The position numbers were made by a program, and so were the translations under genes. A stretch of DNA of 64,000 nt from NCBI RefSeq assembly GCF_025526975.1, contig NW_026515704.1, positions 186,001 through 250,000 on the forward strand. Direction: 5' to 3'. Below the pieces are notes generated by a model, which saw only the letters and a list, made by a program, of their open reading frames with translations, was not told where the DNA came from and ran no database searches. Numbering within the stretch: the first letter of the stretch is position 1; every line of letters begins with the position of its first letter. This document shows positions 24,801 to 37,278 of this stretch, one piece after another. The DNA comes from Fimicolochytrium jonesii. Lineage: Eukaryota.

Positions 24801-26726
24801 ATGGACTCCCTATCAGCATTAACCACCAGCCTGCTCACGACCTCTCCACCCACGCCCAAACCCCGCTCCAGCGTCCTCGACGACTCCATGTCCCGCGGCG
24901 GCCGGTCCCGCCCGTCTGGGACACTCAAAGGCCATATTCACTTCGCGCTGGGCACCTTCGCCCTCATCAAAGGCCGCGAGGACGACGCCCTGGACCATTT
25001 CCTGCGCGCGGGCGAAGAAGGCGTCGCGAGCGGTACCGCCGTGTCTGGGTTCTTCAGCGAGTTTCGGATGGGCCTTGGTGGGGCTACGGACGAGGATGGG
25101 GAGCGGTTACGGCCCACAAAGGAGAATTACGAGACGGCGGAAAGTCTGTATACGATGGCCGCGTTGAGGGGCAGTGGGCTGGCGATGGCGCGGTTGGCGT
25201 TTTTGAAGACGCATGGACGGGTCGGGATCAAGATCAACCATGCTGAGGCGGATAAGTGGAGACGGGCGTGTGCGGGAGATGGCAAGACGGTGGGCTTGGG
25301 TGGTGGGAAAGGCTCGGATGCATTGCAGTGGTTGCAGTTCGTTGCGGATGCTGGTGTGCCTACCGCCGAGTTCTGCCTTGCGCTGTGCTATTTCAACGGG
25401 ATCGCTACCGATGAGGACAATAGCAAGGCGTTCTATTGGTGCGAGAAAGCAGCTCAACATGGTGTCGCCGGCGCGCAGAACGTGTTAGGGAACCTGTATG
25501 TCGAAGGGCAAGGCTGCGAGACCAACCCAACCATTGGACTCGGGTGGTACATCAAAGCGGCCGCGCAGCGCGAAGCCGCCGCCATTTACAACATCGGCAC
25601 GCTCTTCGAACGCGGGATCGCCGTCGAAGAAGACACGGCGCAAGCCTTTGCATGGTACGAGCGTGCCGCCCGCTTCGGCTCCATCAATGCCATGAACACC
25701 CTCGGCATCTTCTACGAACAAGGCATCGGCCTCGACCACTACATGCCCTTCCACGCCGTCCGTTGCTACATCGACGCGGCACGCATGGGCCACCCGCACG
25801 CGCAATACAATCTCGGCCGGTGCTACCACGAAGGCTTCGGGATCGTGCGGGACGACAGCAAAGCGTCCCTGTGGTTCACCCAGTCCGCACACCAGCACCA
25901 CGGCCTCTCCCAACTCTCCCTGGGGATATGCCACGAACTTGCCCTCGGCGTCCCCCAGAACGCGACGTTGGCAATGCATAATTACCGCCTGGCCGTGCAG
26001 AACGGGTGTGAGGAGGTCGCGGTAAGGCTTGCGCCTCATGCGGCTTGCCATCTCCTACCCCGTGCACGGTTATTGCTGACCCCGCCACGCACACCCACTC
26101 ATGTCGCGCGCATCCACGCCCTCCCCGTCGAACTCATCGAGCACATCCTCACCTTCGTCCCCTCCACGCCCCTCCCGCAACCGCACCTCCGCGCCCTGTT
26201 CAACATCGCGGCGACACCTGCATCCCTGTTCTCTCACCACATGCGGACCAAAACAACATTCCTGGAACTCCTGGGGCTGGCGCATCTGAGCATCGGAAAT
26301 TTGACTCTGGACACGTGCGATTGTACCCGGTTCGACGACTCGGTGACACCCACCGAACGGAATGCTGCTGCTGCTGCAACAGCAACAACACAGCAAACAC
26401 CGCAACACTGCAGAGCAATCAAACACGTCGTGCAAGCCATCGAAGACGCCCAAATTCGACCCCCCCGGAGTATCGACTGGAATCACCACCGCCACCACAT
26501 GAACCACGCCGCACCAGCAGCCGAAGCCTCCACCCACCCCTACGCCACCAGAGAGGAGATGGAAACAGGCTACGAGACGCCATCGCAGCGCACGCCGACA
26601 CCACGCGATCTGGATATCGCCGAGGCATGGTGGAAGGTCGGCACCGGGCTGGAGAGACCGGTATCGGAGATGGGGGATGACGGGGCGTCGTCGGCTTCGT
26701 CGGCGGCGTCGCTGGGGGGTTGGTGA
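24801..26726 (+). CDS. Sel1-like repeat protein (intronless)
   Basis: Tandem SLR units such as AQNVLGNLYVEGQG, AIYNIGTLFERGIAV and AQYNLGRCYHEGFG, with A..WY..AA spacers. Confidence 0.9.
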   Translation: MDSLSALTTSLLTTSPPTPKPRSSVLDDSMSRGGRSRPSGTLKGHIHFALGTFALIKGREDDALDHFLRAGEEGVASGTAVSGFFSEFRMGLGGATDEDGERLRPTKENYETAESLYTMAALRGSGLAMARLAFLKTHGRVGIKINHAEADKWRRACAGDGKTVGLGGGKGSDALQWLQFVADAGVPTAEFCLALCYFNGIATDEDNSKAFYWCEKAAQHGVAGAQNVLGNLYVEGQGCETNPTIGLGWYIKAAAQREAAAIYNIGTLFERGIAVEEDTAQAFAWYERAARFGSINAMNTLGIFYEQGIGLDHYMPFHAVRCYIDAARMGHPHAQYNLGRCYHEGFGIVRDDSKASLWFTQSAHQHHGLSQLSLGICHELALGVPQNATLAMHNYRLAVQNGCEEVAVRLAPHAACHLLPRARLLLTPPRTPTHVARIHALPVELIEHILTFVPSTPLPQPHLRALFNIAATPASLFSHHMRTKTTFLELLGLAHLSIGNLTLDTCDCTRFDDSVTPTERNAAAAATATTQQTPQHCRAIKHVVQAIEDAQIRPPRSIDWNHHRHHMNHAAPAAEASTHPYATREEMETGYETPSQRTPTPRDLDIAEAWWKVGTGLERPVSEMGDDGASSASSAASLGGW

Positions 26727-27561
26727 ACTACAACATCTTTCCGCATACATTCACGCACTCACGCACAAACATGGCATCACAACATTTTGCAACACACACA
26801 AACACCGCATTTCAACATCCACACCACGATCTGATTCAATCATTTCACATGCACGGCGTAGGGCAATTTTAGAACCGTAGGCTTTAGCTGCCCCCCCCCC
26901 ACCCCCCCCCCCCTCCAGCATACCATATTACATCACATCACATCACATGGCATTCATACCATCCACAACACACATCATGTAGATTGTTTTAGCGTAGTTT
27001 GTAGTTGATTCGATCGGCGTACGATTCTTCTTGCGTCAGTTTGAGGCGTTTGTATGTATTGTATGTCGCTTGGTCCTTGCAGTATATACTTCCTTTTTGC
27101 AAGTTCTTTTGAGTTTTGCTGGATATCCAAGATGAGACCGGTGGGGAGATGATGTCCGGATGGCCCTGGGTTTTTGTGAAGGTAACGGGGTTTGTAAAAC
27201 CATGGCTGTGGATCATTGGCTGTTATCCTTTACGCCGGTTCCATGCCAGCTTTCCATGTCAGCTTCCCGCTCTTGATTTCCGCGCCCGGTTCCATGTCAG
27301 CCCATGCCTTTTGCCACCGTCTTCCTTCCTTTTCAGCTCATACATATTACATTTCCGTTATGTTTTGAAGTACACTCATTGGGGGGTTTGTTTGCCCGAC
27401 CCCCTTCCAAAAAGCTAGATACAGAACTATACAAGACCTATTCGTGGTGATACAGTATGTAGGCAGGCCCGCTTCCATTAGTTTACACGCCGTTTTTCCT
27501 GATCAGTTACGCACTGGGCCCGATACTCGTATAGCGACAACGACCCATCTGCCTGCGCGGC

Positions 27562-28759
27562 TCAGTCTTGAGCCGGAGCCAAGGCAATGACCGTGAAATT
27601 AAGGTTGTCGGGATCTCGCCCCATAAACTGCTGGACGATTTTCACCGAATCTTTGAGGACATCGTCGCTTGGTCCGTGGTTGATGGGGAACGGTTTGCGA
27701 CCTTTTTTTTGCGGGATGCGACGTTAGGATTTTTTGTGCGATGTGTATTGAAAGGAAGCAAGAATGGGTTACCATCCAACTCATAGAGATGCCCGTCTTT
27801 GCGGACGAAGCAGATGAAGTGTAGGTCTACATCTTGGTCCCTAGACGGGGCCTGTAACAAGGATTTAGTGTCCGTCGGACCCACGAATCTGCATAACATG
27901 GGATGCTTACCGCGGTCTGGCCAGCTTGAGAGCTGACATGGCATGATGGGGTGAGCCGCTTCGGCCCTCAAACCGGGAGCGAAGGGTTGACCTACCTCTC
28001 CTCGTGAACGGCCGCCAGTTCGTTAGAGCCCTCGAGTACTTTCGCGCGATCGTCAGGAGACTTCGGGAGAGTCTCGTCCAAGATCCTTTTCAACGGTCCG
28101 TCGCCTGCGTTGCGCCGTTCGCGGGGTCAGTGAGGTCGATCGAACACCCCCAGGTACACTGACCCATGAACCGATTACACTGCCCCAACGCGTATACTGA
28201 CCCAGTTCGAAGTTTTCCACATTGTTGGCAAGGGCATGCAAGAGTCCAATCGTCCCACACGCGTTGCCTATGGTCTGCCTGATGAAATACACATTCTTGC
28301 TGACGGTTTGCCCGCGTTCCTTGATTTGGGCTTCTTCACTCCTGCGATGATCCTCATACTATAATGATCCATGTTGAGACGCCACGATCATGGAGCTGAT
28401 ACCACAGCCAATGATTGCTGATGTTACCTTCTCGGTGATCGGGAACAGCAGAACGACCGCTAGCACGGGCCGCGGGATGAACTGCAAGAGCTCCTCGTCC
28501 AGACCTGCCGAACAGTAGAAGCTGTCAACAGCAGCTCCTCCGATACAGTACTGCGCAAGACAAACGTTCTGCCCTACCCCATACGTCTGTGAAAGCCCAT
28601 TTCGAGGTCACTCCGAGTTTGTTGGTGTATGTGTTCATGACCTGAGACCACTCGCGTTAGATCATGATGCGGTGGCCGATTTTGAGAAGAGGAGGGTCGG
28701 CATGCCTGAGGATTGGACTCCAGAGGGATCCACGACGTGGATTGCTTTGGTTCTGCCAT
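27562..28759 (-). CDS. YUH1: Ubiquitin C-terminal hydrolase (peptidase C12, UCH-L3 type), multi-exon
   Basis: [27 protein letters not shown] (catalytic Cys), LHFICFV..LYELDGR (His/Asp), C-terminal NFTVIAL. Confidence 0.95.
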
Positions 28760-29222
28760 GGTGGTATGTTGTGGAGCTCGCCGTCGTTTATGGTTGCCGC
28801 TGAGATGGCGTTCAAAAAAATACGATTCCCGACGGTGAAACCGTTCGGTACGGTAGTTCAGGGCTTCTAGCAGGTGGCCATTGCTAATTCGACACTTCCC
28901 TCGTCCACTGTCAGTACGTCGGGTAAGCAAGATTTCCGACGAAGGGTCCTCTGGTCCTCATGCTATTGTAGCATTTGCTTTGTCTTTGTACACACCGACT
29001 CTTCTTCCTCAAAATCCCTGTTTTTCCGCATGCAGACATATGATATGCAGTGCCATTGTTTTCCTCATCATTCTCAGGGTCTAAAGGTAGGTTGTTGTCA
29101 CGTCTGGCGAAGAAACGAGGAGGCAGTGCGCGAAAAAGGTTCGTTTCATTCCTGGACTTTCGGACGAGAACCAAGAACGTCATATATACGTTTTCGATCA
29201 ATACTATAAACTTTCTTTCACG

Positions 29223-29766
29223 ATGTGGCTACCCGTAGTCATCGTAGCGATCCTATCCGTCTCCGTACCGTTGTCGGACGCGGCCTTGTCTCTCTCTCCT
29301 CGAACTTTGAAAATCGCCATCATCCTTCCCTTCGGGTACAATGTCAATAGTCCCGCTAAGTGGTTTGTCCAGCATGCTGAGGCTGCTCGTCTCGGCTTTC
29401 GACAGTAAGTCAAAGCTCAGTTGTCGGGCGTCGGTCACCCATCGCAGTGGATCTAATACCTTCTCCGTAGACTACGTTTGGCTCCTCACCAGAGATCTTT
29501 GAGCTGGATTACCCTCCCAAATATTCGCTGATATCCTGACATGCAGTGTTGTGGCGATGGACTCGAACTACAATCTTGGTGACAGGCGCATTGATAAGCC
29601 GAGCATTGACTGGATAGGTCAGCAAAATATGTTTTCGATTACGGTAGACCCGGCGGCCACAGGAACCCCGACCGCTCTTCGTTTCCGGAGAGATTGGAAG
29701 GCCGTCAACGGCAACGTCTCAGGGTATGGGAAAGAATTCTATGATATGTTCACAGTTGATGTCTAA
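29223..29766 (+). pseudogene. Possible truncated secreted/receptor gene (signal peptide plus periplasmic-binding-protein-like first strand)
   Basis: MWLPVVIVAILSVSVPLSDAA signal peptide followed by TLKIAIILPF. No long continuation could be assembled. Confidence 0.3.
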
Positions 29767-30129
29767 CATTCTGCACGCGGCCTCTGAAGGTCGCCTATAG
29801 CCTCTCCTTACACTGGCACGGATCAAGACGATGTGTTTACAGGACTTTATTACGACTCTGCACGGCCATTGCTTTCCGCCCGGAAAGCTTGAGATACGTT
29901 GCTACCCACCTACATTTTAGTGAGAGATCAGAGGAAAGAGTCACCGTCAGGTATGGGCGTACCGCGGTGCAATACAAATGCAGGGTATGAACTCCTGCAG
30001 AACGTTCGTCCGCAAGTCCTGTCCATTCCGACATCTCAAGCGATGAGCAGGCGCAGCAGGCAACTCCTCTTTAACCCTTCCTCCATGCCTCATATTATGG
30101 GCCGTATAAATATTGAAAGGCATTTTGAA

Positions 30130-30464
30130 AAATACTGTCGAAATCCGTACGCGCTGTCATGAGGCAAGCCATGGCGCGGTCCGACTAGGCTACAAGGTTT
30201 GGCTGTAGAAGCCATCAGTTGACTTGACCAGAAATGGGCAAGTCATGGCTTGACCACCGGTCCCAACATGATTTGGCACGGTTAGGGTTATGGTTAGGGA
30301 TGAGGCCACTCCCTGTAAGTCCTTTGTATATGAATCTGTCAAATACTGTCAAAGTCTAATGTGAGCTTAACCATGGTTAACCAATGGTTAGCCGTGGCTG
30401 GCCACGATTTGGTTTGATCACCACCACCCGGTAATAGTCAAGCCAAACAAGTCAAGCCATTGCC
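30130..30464. mobile_element. MITE-like non-coding element with inverted and direct repeats
   Basis: ATGGCTTGAC (30245-30254) is the reverse complement of GTCAAGCCAT (30451-30460). Extra GTCAAGCC at 30437; palindrome TTAACCATGGTTAA at 30367-30380; AAATACTGTC at 30130 and 30341. Confidence 0.4.
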
Positions 30465-30538
30465 GCCCCTATATCATGAGGGCCTCTGCTTTCGTTGGAC
30501 GACAGATTGGTGCTTGCGGACTTTGACAAAAGCTAATC

Positions 30539-32145
30539 ATGAGCGACCAGGCAACGGAAGGAGAGCTCGCCTCAGCAGCAAACGCCACTCCGCAGGTGAA
30601 CGGGGCCGCTGGGAACTCTGATTCAGAAGAGGAGACCCCTGAGCAGGAAGTTGGGCGGTCCTTAGGTGATCTTATGCGCAATCTTCGGCATTCAACGTGT
30701 TTTCTCGCCAAGCTAAACTGACTATCCTTCTGATATCCTCTAGAGGGCTTTCTGGATGATGTGCCTGACGATGTGGAGGTGCGCCTACTTGGCTCTCAGT
30801 GCTTTAGGGGGGTGACAATTACTGAGCACTATGACTATGTAGGACCTGGACCTTGTCCACCAACGGCTGAACACACTCGAAGGGCTAGATTTTACACGAT
30901 TCAAGCAGCTACAGGTTGGATGATTATTGTGGAGCGGCGAGGCCCCCGCAACAAATGCTTACTTGTGATGTTACGACGACAGAGACTCCGGTTTCGACAA
31001 AACCTTCTTGCGCGTATCGGGGTGTTCCCACACATGCCCCACCTGGACGAGCTCGACTACTATGACAATCGGCTCTCCAAGATCGAGAATCTCGAAGCTG
31101 TTTCAGCTTTGACGTGAGACACCAAAAGTCATCCGAAGAGGTGCTCGCAACGAACTGATAGATGTGCATCTTGCCAGTTCATTGGACCTGTCGTTCAACA
31201 AAATCCGACACATCGAAAACATAGCCCATCTCACAAATCTGACCGATCTGTTCTTTGTCGCCAATAAGATCTCCCAAATCAAAGGGTTGGAAACGTTGGT
31301 CAACTTGAAGAATTTGGAGTTGGGCGCCAACCGGATACGGGTAAGTTTTCCCATTGAGGGAAGCAGTTGCGTCTGTAGGGCTATCATGCGGGTGCTTACC
31401 GAGGCTTACGTTCGGATATAGGTAATAGAGAACCTGGACACTCTGGTGAACCTCGAGCAATTGTGGCTGGGGAAGAACAAGATCACAAAGCTTCAGGTGG
31501 GCTTGCTCGATCGGCTGCTGCCCTTGCACGTCTATTATCTCACACACCGTGGTCTACTTACAGGGACTGAGTAAGCTGAAGAACCTGAAATCCCTGAGCG
31601 TGCAGGTACACCGAGCGGGCTCCTCCTACGCTCAACCCACTCTGGAAGGCCGTGTACTAAATCCATTTACACACTGTCAGAGCAATCGGCTTACGAAGAT
31701 AGAAGGGTTATCCGAGTTGAGCAATTTGGAGGAGCTGTACTTGAGTCACAACGCAATTGAGACGGTGGAAGGGCTGGAAAGCAACAAGAACCTGAAGACG
31801 CTCGACATCAGCTCGAATCGGATAACACACTTGCAGGGCTTGGAGCCCCTTGAGCATTTGGAAGAGCTTTGGGTTGGTAGCGCTTTCAGGGAGATGCTGG
31901 TGCAGATTTGAGCGCGCTCCCATGTTGGTATGCCATACTGATCACTTCTCTGATCCTTCTAGGCCAATGGGAACAAATTCGCGTCCTTTGAGGAAGTGGA
32001 GGCCCAATTGAAAGAAAAGAAGGAGCTCACGACCGTGTATCTGGAGGGCAACCCACTGGAAACCACGTCGAGGGCAACCTACAGACTCAAGTTGAAAACG
32101 TTGCTGCCCCAGTTGACTCAAATTGACGCAACGCTGGTGCGATAG
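30539..32145 (+). CDS. SDS22: Protein phosphatase 1 regulatory subunit (LRR), multi-exon
   Basis: SDS22-type LRRs: LDYYDNRLSKIENL, LDLSFNKIRHIENI, LELGANRIR, LWLGKNKIT; C-terminal TVYLEGNPL..YRLKL..LPQLTQIDAT. Confidence 0.93.
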
Positions 32146-32720
32146 TAGAAATAGGGGGGAAATTAGCACCCTTTTGGGGCAGCGAAGGCCCAGCAAACGA
32201 ACGAACATCGGCACTTGGGCTCCGGTGTTCCCTCTCGGCGGGATATCACGCACGCTGTCCGTTGCCATGTTAGTGGGAAGTTTGAAGCGCGTACTGTTCC
32301 GCCGACGCCGGGTCGGGGCGGACATGATTCGAGGAGCGGGCGAGCAACATGAAAAGCTTCGCCATTGAGTGCCGATTATCGTCTCCCAGTGTAGCTTCGA
32401 GATGTAGCGAAATCACATTGTCGATCGTAGTTACCTTCTAGTTGATAGGCGCATTTGAGGCTACTTCTCTGCTGATCGATAAGACGCATGTAAATAAGGA
32501 TTTGTTGAATGTAATACTTGGTATCTGATTCTATTCGGCTATAAATATGTAACAAACAACCTCCACGAGCTAGTAACCGGTGATGCCCATCAAAATCGGG
32601 AACTCTATGTGGTTCTGCTTGTATATGTAGTGTGAGTGCAGTTTTCCAAAACAGTGCCCCTATTGCACAAGGAGGTGTTGGCGTGCCTGCGTTCTCGTAA
32701 CGCTCATCCTTTCCACTATC

Positions 32721-33357
32721 TCATCGCTGGATGCCCGTCAACTTCTGCAACACAAGCAACCGCTCGGCGGCCGTCAATGGTTGCGCCGGTGGAGTTCCGT
32801 CCAGTTTAAGGGTCTCATGTGTGATCGACGACGTAGCTGGCGGTTTGGGCGGGTGGTCTTTCGGCAGTTCCTTCCCGAGTTCCGTATCCGACAGCAAGTT
32901 GCGAGCTTCGGAGGCGGTCAGGTGGGTGATGGCGGCGCCGGATGCATTTCGTACTTGGATTTCCCATGTCTTGGGGTCGTTTACTGAGACAGTGCCTTGG
33001 TTCTGAAGTTGGCGTGGTTTTAGCGGCATGAGATCCAGCTGCAGAAAGGTGTAAGTCAGACATCGGTCTAGGTCGCAGACCCACCAAAACAGCCCCCCAC
33101 AGCAAGTCCACCACACCCACCTTTGCCAGCAACCAAGCCACCCTATCGCTTGGCTGGGCACCAACGCCCAACCAATGCTTTATCCTGTCCGCGTTCAGCT
33201 CCATTCGCTTGATCCCTGTTGCGTCGGGGATAGGGTTGTATGTCCCCACCCGCTCGAGATATTTGCCGTCCCGTGCTGCACGGTGGTTTGTGACGACAAT
33301 GCCGTAGAATGGGTTATGGCGTTGGCCCCATTGTGCTAGACGAATCCGGACGACCAT
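32721..33357 (-). CDS. MRPS16: Mitochondrial ribosomal protein S16; exons 33357-33121, 33038-32721
   Basis: MVVRIRLAQWG..PFYGIVV..RDGKYLERVGTYNP..WLGVGAQPSDRVAWLL. Confidence 0.93.
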
Positions 33358-34843
33358 GTTGGCTGGGGTGGGCTGGAGAAGGCGGTGGGAAGCTGAGGGC
33401 TCGGTAACCGAAAGATCTAGGGCAGTATAGGGACGGCCGTTCCGCCTCTCTCGTACTCTATGCGGTGCAGTTGGCAAGAAAGCAAGAGGGTTGCGAGGAG
33501 GATGTGCTGGGAGCTCTAGCTAGAACTTTGAGTTTTAACTTTTCAGACGTTGAGCTCAGGTCTGAGCTCAGGTTGAGCTGCTTGCTCACCTCTGTTGACT
33601 CTTGAGGCGCGTTCGTTGCTTTCGTTGTGCTACAGGATTCTGGCTAGGACGTCCCAAGTGCTCCAGTTGCGCACCGGAATATCTATCACTAAAAGCATCC
33701 GACACTGCATCCGACAACACATCGCGAAGACATTTCTCGAAGGTCTCTGGGTCGAAAAGTCGTCATTATCCAGCGAGATCCCTCCCTCTGTTGCCGAAGT
33801 GGGCTGCACGTCCGCGCCGCTGGAATCCGTCGCGTTCCATTCGCCTCGAACTGCGGAGCACACCGACCACTTGTGTGCTGTGCAAGAAGGAGATGCAGGA
33901 CCCGAAACAGTGTCTGAAGGAGGGGCGGAGGGCTTAAGATGTGCGCTGGATGGTACCTTCCATTGCGTTGAACGAGGGAGGAAGTTATCAAGACTTCCCG
34001 GAAGTGGGTGGGAGATCGACTCGGGTATGGATATCGCGCAGGAATAGGATGTGGAAGCTGAAGGATAAGTACGACAAGGAATGGAATCAGCGCTGGAAAT
34101 TTCTGCACATGAACTTCCCCCACCTGCTACAATGTCGGACGCGAAACAAAGGCGTTCAATAACTGTGTATTCAAGAATAAGTTGAGCGGGCGTGCTGTCC
34201 GGAACGACGGTCGCTCCTATCGAGGAGGGGTTCTTGAGCTAAGTTTTGGGATACAAGGCATCACGAAGGTCATACCCGAGACGCCAGAGGGTCCAAAACC
34301 TGTGCATTTGAAGGAGAAGCCGCTCCTCAAGTCGATGCGATCGGATCCAGAACACATCCCAACCATTGGGGTTCAAGATACTCGAAGACTGATGAGTCGA
34401 TGGAATGATGCTCTCCCAGGGCCCACTCTGGCATCCCAGCGTATTCTTTAGCTGGGGTAGGACGACGGTCTCTTCTGCCCGCCAGAACCAAGCTGTATTC
34501 TTCCTGAGCATCAGGGTGATGGCTCACATTTGCCAATCTGCATATAATGGCAGTAGGATATCGCTTAGCAACGCAGCTGGAGCTGGAGACTGACAGCCAC
34601 TGAGAGAGAGCGGCGAGCGGCGCCGTCAAAATGCGTTATACGAAGCAGGGAACACCACAAAGAGGGGAAGACATTGATGATGCATAGGCGACAGAATGTT
34701 TGATAACTACTTGAACATGATGAATAATGATGCCACCCTCCTGGCGACTTGATTGCCAAGTCCTAGGTAATTCCCGCTTCGGAAGTCTTTCGGCAGACCA
34801 CCTCGGTTCGTCAAAGAGACATTGACTTCCAAAACCGTCTCAA

Positions 34844-37278
34844 TCATTTCTGCCACCCTCGCCGCTCTTCCTCATTCCGAAGCTCGAACATGAGCTGTAC
34901 GGCGGAGAACAGGGCGACAAAGGTGCTGATCACGAAGATGATGCCTACGAAACCGATGCATGATTAGTATGGAGACAGAGGGAGCGAAGAGTCAGTCTTG
35001 TTTGAGGAGTCCACCTCTATGCGGTACTGTTCCGCCCGCCCTTCTGGCCGCTTCTCCATTGAATCCCAGGATAGGCCCGAACTCAAATCCCCAACTCACC
35101 ATTTGCATTGAAGATCTGGCCCAACATCTCCTTCACGCCGTCGACGCCGACCGCGAAACCGACGAGGTTGGCAATCATCATCAGGATGATGTTTACCACC
35201 GCTGCGGAGGCTGTTATGTGCCGGTATGTCGTTGGGCCGAGCTTCTGGCGCCACTAATTTCAAGGAAAATCGAGGACCGACCACAAACGTGAGTGAAGCC
35301 AGAATATAGGGATGGGCCAGTACTCTGCACACCCGTCCCGCGCACTTACCCGCTCATTAGCAAATACCATCCTCAGCACATACTCCGGCAATATGAACAA
35401 CGACACCGACCACCCCCATGTCAACAACTTCCGCGAAATATCATGCCATATAGCAACAAAGGTGAAGGTAGGGAAGATGTTGAGGGCGTAGTACCGCGAC
35501 CCGCCGAGGGGGACGTACATGTAGCGGATCAGCCAGCGGTTGAAGGAGCGATGCCAGGACCGCCAGAACTCCATTGCGGAGTAGTTGTCGGACATGCAGC
35601 GGGTCATGTTTTCGGTTGTTTCGACCCGATCGGCCATGCCCCAGAGGCGGAAGAAGCGCCAGATTATGAGAAGCTGGATGAGCAGCAGTGAGTTGGACCA
35701 ACAAGCCGAATAAAACGGACTGAAAAACAAGTATGCCGCATACCTTCAGCCATATCAGCTTCAAATTGAAGTACCCGACCATACTCATTTGGAACGGACT
35801 GAATCCCTCCCACGCCTTGGTGTCCTTAATGGCCACCACATAGATAGTATGCAGCATCCACTCCATTAACAATGTAGCTGCCATCCACCGCACAGCGTAC
35901 AGGGCCGTGCCCTTGAATGTGATCCCCCGCGGTGGATACCGCAGTTGCGCAATGAAATCGTTGTATGTGATGATGGGCCCTGCGAGATACAGCGGTACGT
36001 AGAGCAGATAGCAGAAATAGTTTACGAGGGAGTATTCTGCCGCTCGGAGGGGACCCTGCACGCGCGCCCGGGAGCATTGCTCTCCTGGATGAACTGCTGA
36101 GGAACACTCTGAACATGTTTGGCGATGGAACTAAGCAGGACGTGTTTCAGTGCTTATCTCCATTGCCGCGACGAAGAGGATCAACACACACCTCGGCTTT
36201 CGATTTGTCGCGCGTTTCCGACGTGAGCGCATAGTAGTCCATGCTATAAGATATCATCCGTAGTGTCGTGAAGTTGAACGTCACCCACCACCGCATGTTG
36301 AAACCCTGGACTTGGTCCTAAACACAGCCCGACCCGCGTCAGCGATGTAAGGGCAGCCCAGGCCGCTGACGTGCGTGCGTCGTATGTACCCGCAGCTCAC
36401 CAGCCAAGCCAAAGACGGAGAGAGTGATCCATAGCGATACCCTTTGAACTCTTGGTTGGCAAACAAGATGCCCACACTCCAAATCCACGTCAAAGCTACT
36501 CCAAGACGTAGGTGCCCGATCGTCGACGTGATAAGAAAGTTGACACCGGTGATTGCCAGAATCTTCAGCAGGGAGGACCCGTGGATCGCTCCAAGAAAGA
36601 TCAACGAGAACGCGAGGCTGAAAAGCGGCCGGAATCGCGGTCCCCTCCTCTGAACCGCATGCGACAGAATGAGGTATCCTACTGCCACTTGCGCCAGTAA
36701 CACCATGTTGTTACGAAAAGAGGCATATTGGGAATCGCTGTTGTCCTGTCGAGCAACCGGATACCGCATAAATGATACTAACGCATTTTTGAGAGGTATG
36801 CTTTCGAGTTCTTACCACTTTGCGACCCAGCATCCATCCTTTGGACAATTTGCGGCTGTATTTGGCATATGAGGGGTGGCTCTCTGCACGAGGATGTTTG
36901 GGTCAGGACAAAGTGCCGACGGGCCCGCATTACAGGTTGGCCGAAGGATGCATAACCAGCGAGGACTAGCTCTCTCTCGCCCAGACGACATGCCGTACCA
37001 TCACTGAATCCCCAAGCGCACCTAAATAGAGCCGGCAAACCGACGATGATAACCGCATAGTACGCGACGAACTCCAGCGACAGCCATCTTGGCGGCGGTG
37101 GCGCTGCTTTCGCTCTCCGGGCGATTGTGACCGCCGGTCGGCCGTCCGTTCGTTCCGGGAATAGGTTCCCCTCCGACGTCCGCGGCAGTAGCGGAACGGC
37201 GTCGTTGCCACCACGGGACATGTCAGCCCCTGCTCGACTGCGTGATAAGAGCGAGCCCGAGTCGAAACGGCTACTCAT
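34844..37278 (-). CDS. GUP1: MBOAT-family O-acyltransferase, multi-exon
   Basis: DNSDSQYASFR, YVPLYLAGPIITYNDF, ENMTRCMSDNYS..FWRSWHRSFNRWLIRYMYVPLGG, FVAIWHD. Start codon uncertain (37278 or 37221). Confidence 0.93.

Noticed and set aside
27930..27945. CCATGTCAG match to the 27240-27300 repeat motif
   Set aside because: It coincides with a UCH intron acceptor, so it is likely a chance match.
30280..30299. TTAGGG-like repeats as a true telomere
   Set aside because: Only about three imperfect units, internal to a gene-dense region.
31942..32368. ORFs downstream of or overlapping the SDS22 3' end
   Set aside because: No motifs; they fall in the 3' UTR zone of convergent genes.
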